From assembly GCA_019115565.1 (NCBI GenBank), contig DXDH01000071.1, forward strand, positions 27,375 to 91,374: DNA of 64,000 bases, in the 5' to 3' direction. Source of the stretch: Candidatus Borkfalkia excrementipullorum. GTDB taxonomy: Bacteria; Bacillota; Clostridia; Christensenellales; Borkfalkiaceae. Below the pieces are notes generated by a model. It did not search any database. It was not told the DNA's origin and saw only the letters and a list, made by a program, of their open reading frames with translations. The position numbers and the translations under genes are program-made. Below, piece after piece: positions 28,457 through 35,600 of this stretch; the stretch's first letter is position 1; each line of letters opens with the position of its first letter.

Positions 28457-28851
28457 TATTCTTTTCCTCCGTTCAGAAATGCGGCGAGAACGCCGTTCAC
28501 AAATCCGGCGCTGCGCTCCGTCGAATATTTTTTCGCAAGCCCTACGGCCTCGTCGATAGCGACGATGTCCGGAACGTCGTCCACGTATTTCATTTCCGCC
28601 ATCGCCATCATCAACAGGCTCTTATCGGCGGGGAAAATGCGTTTTTCCGAAAAACCAATCGAATACTTGTCCAAAAAGCCGGCCAGCTCCGCTTCATGGC
28701 TGCGGACAAGCCCGACCAATTTCTCCGCATAGGCGATCTCTTCCTCGTCGAGTTCCTTGTATACCCCGCGGCGGAAAGACGGCGTCTCTTCCGCTGCGAA
28801 CAAAGAGGCAAAAATAATTTTAAACGCACATTCCCGCGCTTTGTTTCTCAT
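28456..28851 (-). CDS. nusB: Transcription antitermination factor NusB
   Basis: RNKARE, VAIDEAVGLAKKY, FVNGVL. Confidence 0.93.
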   Translation of the reverse strand: MRNKARECAFKIIFASLFAAEETPSFRRGVYKELDEEEIAYAEKLVGLVRSHEAELAGFLDKYSIGFSEKRIFPADKSLLMMAMAEMKYVDDVPDIVAIDEAVGLAKKYSTERSAGFVNGVLAAFLNGGKE

Positions 28852-28885
28852 ACGCTTTCTTCCTGCTGAATTTTTCTTTATACAT

Positions 28886-28929
28886 ACGATTAGGTTTTCC
28901 CCTCAAAATCCGAGGGGAAAACCTATCGT
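28886..28929. other. Strong intergenic hairpin between asp23 and nusB
   Basis: TAGGTTTTCCCCTC-N7-GAGGGGAAAACCTA perfect 14-bp stem with no clear U-tract. Confidence 0.65.
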
Positions 28930-28936
28930 TAAATCG

Positions 28937-29275
28937 CTATTCTGCGGCGCGCTCCTGCGAAAAGTCAACGCCCACAACATATACGTCAACGCGCTTGACT
29001 TTATACTCCGTCATCGCCTCGACGTTGTGTTTGACCGATTGCTGTATCTTAAACGCGACGTCCGGCACGCTGTAACCGTAGTCGGCGTTGACGGATATTT
29101 CCGCATAGATGCCGTCCTTTTCAAAGTACAGCTTCAGCCCCTTTTTCTTGCCGGCGAGCAGCTCGACTCCCTCCACTTCTTTGACAGCGAGGGCAACGAT
29201 ACCGCTCACAATGCCGGAGTTGTACGAAACCTTTCCCTTCTGTCCCTCCGGAGGTACCCGTTTAAATAAAGCCAT
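28937..29275 (-). CDS. Asp23/Gls24-family protein (YqhY-like)
   Basis: GIVALAVKEVEGV, YGYSVPDVAFKIQQSVK..VEAMT..V.RVDVYVVGV; usual position upstream of nusB. Confidence 0.9.
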   Translation of the reverse strand: MALFKRVPPEGQKGKVSYNSGIVSGIVALAVKEVEGVELLAGKKKGLKLYFEKDGIYAEISVNADYGYSVPDVAFKIQQSVKHNVEAMTEYKVKRVDVYVVGVDFSQERAAE

Positions 29276-29345
29276 CAACCAATCTCCTAAAAGATTTTCT
29301 CGATGGTATTATAACACATTTTTCCGAAATTGAACAGTATTTTTT

Positions 29346-29834
29346 TCAACTTTCCGAATTTATCGGCATAATATTTACATTTGCGGGGTCACAGCCGGCT
29401 TCTTCGGTCAAAATATTATAGATAGAGAGGAAATCGTTATACGCAAGCTCCGTCGCGTTGACGAACACGTTCACATTATCCGAATCCATGCCGATGCTCA
29501 CGACCGCGTCCTGATACCCGAGCGATTTGATGTAGGTTTCGAGCAGCAATTCGCGCTCCATGATTTCGACAATCTCCAATTTGAGAGCCATCGCCTCTTC
29601 ATACGCGGCGCTGCCAGCCTCCGCGTCCTGCAAGATGGAATCGAGCTGCAAAAGCTCCTCGTTGCGCGTCGTGGTGCGCTCCGTCCTGTACGTCGAAAAA
29701 TAATTCGCCGTCGTTACGCCATCCGTATCCGCACTGCCGGGCAGAGTGCCCGCGAGCACGAAATTGAAAATCGCCGTCACTGCGAGCAGCAATACCAATC
29801 CGGACATGATAATGATTTTCTTTGTCTTAGACAT
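29346..29834 (-). CDS. spoIIIAH: Stage III sporulation protein AH
   Basis: N-terminal TM, NYFSTYRTER..TR.EE, E..IKSLGY.DAVV; last gene of the spoIIIA operon. Confidence 0.88.
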   Translation of the reverse strand: MSKTKKIIIMSGLVLLLAVTAIFNFVLAGTLPGSADTDGVTTANYFSTYRTERTTTRNEELLQLDSILQDAEAGSAAYEEAMALKLEIVEIMERELLLETYIKSLGYQDAVVSIGMDSDNVNVFVNATELAYNDFLSIYNILTEEAGCDPANVNIMPINSES

Positions 29835-29859
29835 CTTTCCATACTCCTTTTATTGAAAT

Positions 29860-30345
29860 TCAGCCGCCCTTTGTGTATACCTTGATTATGCTTTGGTTTA
29901 TATTTAAAACGGATGCCGCTGCTTCCAGCAAGCTGAATCTGACGCCCAGGTCGTTTGCCCCTTCCGAGACAATCAGAACTCCCGTTATTTCCGGAAATTT
30001 TTCCTCCAGCACCACTACCTCGCCGTTTACCAGAACCGGCTTCGTCGTAACGCTTCCGTCCTCGTTCACCGTCGTCTCCATCGCCAGAACAAGTTCGCCT
30101 TCCGAGCGGGCATTGATAACGACTTCGACATTGCCCGCCCCCTCCATCTGCGACAGCGTTTTCGACAGTTTTTCCTCCAAAACCGCGATGTAATCCACCG
30201 ATTCGCCCGCCGCGGTATTGTCTTCGCTGCGGAAAGAAAACAGCAGCAGCGCGGCAATGACAAGGATAAATACAGCTACGGCTATAATTTCCGGCAATTT
30301 GCCGAACCGCAGTTTTTTCTTTGGAGAGCCGGCCGAATCATTCAT
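29860..30345 (-). CDS. spoIIIAG: Stage III sporulation protein AG (short form)
   Basis: TM, LEEKL...LSQMEGAG.V.V, PEITGVLIVSEGA. Confidence 0.88.
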   Translation of the reverse strand: MNDSAGSPKKKLRFGKLPEIIAVAVFILVIAALLLFSFRSEDNTAAGESVDYIAVLEEKLSKTLSQMEGAGNVEVVINARSEGELVLAMETTVNEDGSVTTKPVLVNGEVVVLEEKFPEITGVLIVSEGANDLGVRFSLLEAAASVLNINQSIIKVYTKGG

Positions 30346-30820
30346 ATACGTTTACCTCCGCATCCGGAATCAGTTCCTGCGTACGGCTTTCGACCTGAGC
30401 TATAATAATTATATGCTCGTCGTTTCCGTACATTCCGAAATTTTCGATTTTTATGTTTACATTCGTCACATTATACGCGTATTCGGCATAGTCCCACAAT
30501 ATCTCCGCCGAAACGCCGATGGCGAATTCCTCTTCGAGCAGCTCCTCCAGCGAATCCGCCTCCTCCTGCGCACGCTTGCCGAACATGTATTCGATAAAGT
30601 CGTCGTCCAGCTCCGCACCCGCAGAATCGCTCCCGTCTCCCGCGGGCGGCTCGCCCGTAAACTTTTCAAACAGCGCAAACAGCGGCGCAATCATAACCGA
30701 AAGGCAAAATAATTTTAAAATCCCGTTGATAAACTTGCCGATTTTTCCCTCCGGCATGAGAATAGCCGCCAAGGCAGAAATAATCACCGCGCCGCATACG
30801 GCCCATATATACGCTTGCAT
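30338..30820 (-). CDS. spoIIIAF: Stage III sporulation protein AF
   Basis: Two N-terminal TMs with MPEGKIGKFI; position between AE and AG. Confidence 0.8.
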   Translation of the reverse strand: MQAYIWAVCGAVIISALAAILMPEGKIGKFINGILKLFCLSVMIAPLFALFEKFTGEPPAGDGSDSAGAELDDDFIEYMFGKRAQEEADSLEELLEEEFAIGVSAEILWDYAEYAYNVTNVNIKIENFGMYGNDEHIIIIAQVESRTQELIPDAEVNVYE

Positions 30821-30821
30821 T

Positions 30822-32015
30822 TTAAAACAGGCTGTTCGAAGAACAAATCAAAAGGAGCATGGTAATAAAATACATAAAGGCAACCGATATAAGCCCGGCG
30901 ATAAAATAATTGATTGTGCCCGAAACGGAGGAGAGAAAATCGGAGATGCCGGAATCCCCGACGGGCTCGGTAACGGCGGCGGTGAGCTTAAAAAACAAGT
31001 TGCACACGATTAACTGAATGAGCGGCGCCGCCAATACGATGACGAGCAAGGCGATTCCGCACGAGCCGACGGCATTTTTGATGAGCACGCTCCCTGCAAT
31101 AACGAGGTCGAAGCCGCTGCCGAGAAAGCCGCCGATAATCGGCACCGAATTGCTTATCGCATACTTCGCCGCCTTGAAGGACAATCCGTCATACGTTGCA
31201 GACGTGATTCCCTGCACCGTGAGGAAGACGGTAAACGCGGCGAGCGTTATCCCGAGCGTCCACTTGATAATCCCGGCAAAAAACGCGGAAAAATTTTTTA
31301 CCTTAATCTCTTTGCTCATGTTGCCGACCATATTCAAAACAAAGATGAGCCCCGCGAGCGGAAAGATCGCGGACGTGATAATCCCGACGACCGCTTCGCT
31401 CAAAAAAAGCACCGCCGGCTGGTATACCGCCACCGAAACACTGCCTCCGCTGGTCGCAATAAGCGTGAGCAATACCGGGAAAATCGCCTGCATCTGAGAG
31501 CGCATGGAATTCACGGCGGCAATGCAATCCCCCAAAACGCCCGCAAGAGAAGACAAAATGAGCACGAGGATTGCCGAATACCCGACGAAATGAATGAGCT
31601 TCGCCGTTCCGTTCTCCGCAAAGGAACTTCGGAAATGCGTCAGAAGCCCGCATAAAATCGTGATGGAGCAAATCACGCAGAAGGCGGGAAGCATCCCTTT
31701 CAGCCCGTCGAATATCAGCCCCGCGACGGCGGAAAACACGTTGGAATAATCCAGCTTAAAATCCCCGCTGATTACGGAGCGTATCGCGTCGGCAATGTTA
31801 TCGCCGAACAATTCCCGCTGCTCCTCGGTGAGCGAGTCCAAATATTTTTGCAGCTCCTCCGTATCCAGTTCGGAAAGTATTTCCTCGATATTGCCCGCCA
31901 AATCGGCGTCCTGTTCCCCTTCGCTCGCCGCTACAGGGCAAAAATTCAGTGCGAGCAGCATCGCGAGCAAAACAAACAGCACAAACCGCCGGCGGCGCTT
32001 TGCAATACGCTTCAT
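30822..32015 (-). CDS. spoIIIAE: Stage III sporulation protein AE
   Basis: Polytopic membrane protein; KAAKYAISNSVPIIGG, GSVLIKNAVG. Confidence 0.92.
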   Translation of the reverse strand: MKRIAKRRRRFVLFVLLAMLLALNFCPVAASEGEQDADLAGNIEEILSELDTEELQKYLDSLTEEQRELFGDNIADAIRSVISGDFKLDYSNVFSAVAGLIFDGLKGMLPAFCVICSITILCGLLTHFRSSFAENGTAKLIHFVGYSAILVLILSSLAGVLGDCIAAVNSMRSQMQAIFPVLLTLIATSGGSVSVAVYQPAVLFLSEAVVGIITSAIFPLAGLIFVLNMVGNMSKEIKVKNFSAFFAGIIKWTLGITLAAFTVFLTVQGITSATYDGLSFKAAKYAISNSVPIIGGFLGSGFDLVIAGSVLIKNAVGSCGIALLVIVLAAPLIQLIVCNLFFKLTAAVTEPVGDSGISDFLSSVSGTINYFIAGLISVAFMYFITMLLLICSSNSLF

Positions 32016-32407
32016 AGCATCTCCAGAAAATTGCCGATTAAAACGACCATACTGCGAATGATAGGAACGGAAACGGTAAATATAATTACCTTTCCCGCAA
32101 ACACGAGCTTGTCCGCAACGCTCTTTGAGCCGAAGTCCTCCACGATGCCCGCCGCAAACTCGACGAGATACCCTATCGCAATTATCTTGACGATAATCTT
32201 CACGAGCGCGTCGTCGATGCCCGCCATCTCTCCGATTTCGGCAAAAATCCCGAAAGTTTCGCTCACCAAATCGATTGCAAAAATCAATATGATTACGACG
32301 CCGGCGACGGTAACGGCGAAGGAAAGCTCCGGCTTCGTCGAACGGAGCAGCACCGCAGCGATAGCCGTGACCAAACCGACGCCGATAATCTTAATCAACT
32401 CCGCCAT
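32012..32407 (-). CDS. spoIIIAD: Stage III sporulation protein AD
   Basis: IIKIIG-type start, KPE, KIIAIGYLVEFAA...D.G.KSVA.K..FAGK. Confidence 0.92.
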   Translation of the reverse strand: MAELIKIIGVGLVTAIAAVLLRSTKPELSFAVTVAGVVIILIFAIDLVSETFGIFAEIGEMAGIDDALVKIIVKIIAIGYLVEFAAGIVEDFGSKSVADKLVFAGKVIIFTVSVPIIRSMVVLIGNFLEML

Positions 32408-32410
32408 ACG

Positions 32411-32608
32411 TCAAAACAAATCGAATATACTTCGAACGGAATCAAACAAATCCGCGACCATATCGATTACGACGGCGAGCACGATAATCAATCCCGCCAA
32501 ACTGACAATCGTGGCGATGTCGTCGCGGTCGGATTTTTTCAGTATCTGGCAGACAATCGTCACGATGATGCCGACCGCCGCTATCTTAAATATAATATCG
32601 ATTTGCAT
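32411..32608 (-). CDS. spoIIIAC: Stage III sporulation protein AC
   Basis: MQIDIIFKIAAVGIIVTIVCQILKKSDRDD; GGAGGA RBS. Confidence 0.93.
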   Translation of the reverse strand: MQIDIIFKIAAVGIIVTIVCQILKKSDRDDIATIVSLAGLIIVLAVVIDMVADLFDSVRSIFDLF

Positions 32609-32625
32609 ACGTCCTCCACGGCGGC

Positions 32626-33093
32626 TCATACGAGCAGAATAATCAAAACCAAACCGGCCAAAACGCCAAGCTTCAAATAGAGCGAAAAGTACCTTTTATA
32701 CACCTCGTCGCTCGCGCGGCGCCGCTCTTCAATCTCCTTGCGAAGGGCGGATAAATATGTTTTCTGCGACGCGGCGTCGCTCCCGCCGACCATGCGGAAA
32801 TAATCGCCGAGAAATTTTTTTTCGTCCTCGGTCAGATATTCGAACTCATATTTTTCCGCCTGAAAATCGTCCTTTTTGTCCTCCAGCATCTTTCGGAAAT
32901 CGCCCGTAAACTCGTATTTTTCCGCAAACGCCGGCAGCGGAATCCTCGTATAGCTCACTTCGTTTAAAAGCCGCTCGTTGAACAGGTCGAGATTGTAGAA
33001 AAAATCTTTTCGCTTTCGGTATTTCCTCGTCAGCCAGAACGCACAGCCGACGCAGAGCACAAACAAAAGAACACAGAGCAGTACTTTCAGCAT
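32626..33093 (-). CDS. spoIIIAB: Stage III sporulation protein AB
   Basis: N- and C-terminal TMs, EVSY..IPLP, KLGVLAGL..IILL. Confidence 0.85.
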   Translation of the reverse strand: MLKVLLCVLLFVLCVGCAFWLTRKYRKRKDFFYNLDLFNERLLNEVSYTRIPLPAFAEKYEFTGDFRKMLEDKKDDFQAEKYEFEYLTEDEKKFLGDYFRMVGGSDAASQKTYLSALRKEIEERRRASDEVYKRYFSLYLKLGVLAGLVLIILLV

Positions 33094-33095
33094 CT

Positions 33096-33995
33096 CTATA
33101 GCGCTGCCGCCCGCAGTTCCGCGTCGTAAATCCCGCTCACCTTTCCCACCCCCTCGGAGGCGAGCACGATATAATAATCAAAGACCTTTTCGCGCAGGGC
33201 ATTTTCAAACACGGGCGAGCGAAGCAGGCTCTCGAAATCCCGGCAGTGCGCCGAGGCAATCACGTCGATTCCTCCGCGCACGCAGGATGCGAGCGCATCC
33301 GCCTCCTCCGCGGAAACGATTTCGTCCGTAATAATGAGGTCGGGCCGCATCGCACGCATTGCGCATACGAGCGAATCGCGCTTGTCCGCATAGCGTATAA
33401 TATCGGTAAAGGCGCCCGTATCCAGCGAATAGTCTTTGCAGCAGGCGCAAATCTCGTTTCTCTCGTCATTGATAAGAATATTGATAAAATGGTGCGCCGA
33501 AATGAGCCGCGCCAAATCGCGCAAAATCGTCGTCTTGCCCCGTCCCGGCGCAGATACGAGCAAGGCATTTGCCGGCCCGCGCGCAAAGCACGCGCGGTAA
33601 ATCGCGTCCGCACACCCGCGAACCTCGTGCGGCACGCGGATATTGAGCGACGTGACGTCCTTGACCGTGAAAACGCTGCCGTTTTCGTAGACAAATTCAC
33701 CGGACAATCCGATGCGCTCGCCGCCGGCGCCTGCGATAAAGCCGCGCCGCAATTGTTCCGTTACGGAATAGACGGAAAATTCGCTCGCGCGGTAAATAAT
33801 TTTTTCGATATCCGCATAGCTTGCGGCGAGCGCACCGCCGATGTTGTCGGTTACGCCGCGGCCGCCCAAAAAGGTATACTTTCCCCCGTAGTTGAGCACA
33901 ATCGGCTTATTGGCGCGAATGCGCAATTCATACACGAGGTTGATATTTACGTTTTTCAGAGCCGCTGCTATGCTTTCCGTCAAAAAATTGAGCAT
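33096..33995 (-). CDS. spoIIIAA: Stage III sporulation protein AA (ATPase)
   Basis: ELRIRANKP, GERIGLSG, SLNIRVP, Walker A PGRGKTT, DERNEI, RAMRPDLIITDEI. Confidence 0.93.
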   Translation of the reverse strand: MLNFLTESIAAALKNVNINLVYELRIRANKPIVLNYGGKYTFLGGRGVTDNIGGALAASYADIEKIIYRASEFSVYSVTEQLRRGFIAGAGGERIGLSGEFVYENGSVFTVKDVTSLNIRVPHEVRGCADAIYRACFARGPANALLVSAPGRGKTTILRDLARLISAHHFINILINDERNEICACCKDYSLDTGAFTDIIRYADKRDSLVCAMRAMRPDLIITDEIVSAEEADALASCVRGGIDVIASAHCRDFESLLRSPVFENALREKVFDYYIVLASEGVGKVSGIYDAELRAAAL

Positions 33996-34025
33996 GGCTT
34001 GTCCTCTCTTTCGCGTGTTTACCTT

Positions 34026-34054
34026 ATGTATATGCGCAAAGTTCCGGAGTATGC
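34026..34054 (-). promoter_or_regulatory. Putative sigma-E (mother-cell) promoter of spoIIIA
   Basis: Minus strand GCATACT-N13-CATATACAT resembles the sigE consensus; spoIIIA is sigE-dependent in Firmicutes. Confidence 0.5.
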
Positions 34055-34055
34055 C

Positions 34056-34085
34056 AAAAGCCCCCGCGGTTTTTACCGCGGGGGC
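34056..34085 (-). terminator. Terminator after serS
   Basis: GCCCCCGCGGT-N4-ACCGCGGGGGC followed by TTTT on the minus strand. Confidence 0.75.
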
Positions 34086-34100
34086 CATCCGAATTTTTAT

Positions 34101-35387
34101 TTATTTCCGGGGCAGGAGCTTCGTCTTTCCGCCCATATATTTTTGCAAAACTTCGGGAATATTTACGCTGCCGTCCTCGTTCAGATGATTTTCCAGGAGC
34201 GCAATCAACATGCGCGGAGGCGCAACGACCGTATTATTGAGAGTATGCGCGAAGGCGTTTCCCTTTTCCGTCTTATACCGTATCCCCAGCCGCCGCGCCT
34301 GCGCATCGGTCAGGTTGGAACAGCTTCCCACCTCGAAATACTTTTTCTGGCGGGGGCTCCAAGCTTCCACGTCGATGCTCTTGTATTTGAGGTCGGCCAA
34401 ATCGCCCGAGCAACATTCGAGCGTGCGGACGGGAATCTGCATGGAAACGAACAGCTCGACCGTATAATTATACAGCTTTTCAAACCACGCGCTGCTCTCT
34501 TCCGGCTTGCAGATAACAATCATCTCCTGCTTTTCAAACTGGTGGATGCGGTAGATTCCCCGCTCTTCAATGCCGTGCGCACCCTTTTCCTTGCGGAAGC
34601 AGGGCGAATAGCTCGTCAGCGTAAGAGGCAGCTGTTTTTCGTCGAGCACGGTATTCATAAAGCGGCCAATCATCGAATGTTCGCTCGTGCCGATTAAATA
34701 TAAATCCTCACCCTCGATTTTATACATCATGCCGTCCATCTCTTCGAAGGACATGACGCCCGAAACGACGTCGCTGCGAATCATGAAAGGAGGAATAACA
34801 TACATGAACCCCTTATCAATCATAAAATCGCGCGCATAAGTGAGCACGGCCGAATGCAGGCGGGCAACGTCGCCCAAAAGATAGTAAAAGCCCTGCCCGC
34901 TCGTGCGGCGCGCGGAATCGAGGTCGATGCCGCACAGCCTTTCCAATATATCCAAATGGTACGGCACTTCGAAAGGCTTTTCCTTCGGCTCGAGGAAGCG
35001 CTTTCTCTCTACGTTTTCCGAATCGTCCTTTCCGATGGGAACGTCGTCGGCAATGATGTTCGGAATCGCCATCATATCCTGCTTGAGTTTGGCCGCGATT
35101 TCCTCCGTTTCCTTTTCGATTTCGGCGATGCGCTCGTTATTCTCCACAACCTGCGCTTTGACTTTATTCGCCTCGTCGACGTTCTTATCTTTCATCAATT
35201 TGCCAATCTGCGCGCTGAGGGAATTGCGCATCGCGCGGCGGGAATCCCCCTCCTTTTGCAACTCGCGGCGCTTCGCATCCAACGCAAGCACCTCGTCGAC
35301 CAGCGGCAATTTTTTGTCCTGAAATTTTTTCCGAATATTGTCGCGAACGACGTCCGGGTTCGCCCGCAAAAAATTGATATCAATCAT
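34101..35387 (-). CDS. serS: Seryl-tRNA synthetase
   Basis: N-terminal coiled coil, LIGTSEH, CFRKE, RIHQFEKQEM, EVGSCSN, HTLNNT. Confidence 0.97.
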   Translation of the reverse strand: MIDINFLRANPDVVRDNIRKKFQDKKLPLVDEVLALDAKRRELQKEGDSRRAMRNSLSAQIGKLMKDKNVDEANKVKAQVVENNERIAEIEKETEEIAAKLKQDMMAIPNIIADDVPIGKDDSENVERKRFLEPKEKPFEVPYHLDILERLCGIDLDSARRTSGQGFYYLLGDVARLHSAVLTYARDFMIDKGFMYVIPPFMIRSDVVSGVMSFEEMDGMMYKIEGEDLYLIGTSEHSMIGRFMNTVLDEKQLPLTLTSYSPCFRKEKGAHGIEERGIYRIHQFEKQEMIVICKPEESSAWFEKLYNYTVELFVSMQIPVRTLECCSGDLADLKYKSIDVEAWSPRQKKYFEVGSCSNLTDAQARRLGIRYKTEKGNAFAHTLNNTVVAPPRMLIALLENHLNEDGSVNIPEVLQKYMGGKTKLLPRK

Positions 35388-35430
35388 CCTCAAGCCTCCT
35401 GTCTGACCTATCTATAATAATGCAAGTATT

Positions 35431-35459
35431 ATTTTAAACCAAAAATATTTTTTTTGCAA
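35431..35459 (-). promoter_or_regulatory. sigma-A promoter of serS
   Basis: Minus strand TTGCAA-17 bp-TAAAAT. Confidence 0.6.
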
Positions 35460-35600
35460 TAAAATGCGCATCGGTAACGCCGCCGAATCAAAAATATTTC
35501 GAAACCGGCAAAAAAAATTTATGAATAAATCATTTGTAAAGCAATATATTTTATGGTATAATAATTATTATAAACTAACGAACCGCAAAAGGGAGAATCT

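Noticed and set aside
33246-34697. 483-aa plus-strand ORF
   Set aside because: Antisense to spoIIIAA and serS and crosses a terminator; no motifs
35519-35540. TGAATAAATCATTT as an ARG box upstream of the P-type ATPase
   Set aside because: Only a half-site match in very AT-rich DNA; expected by chance
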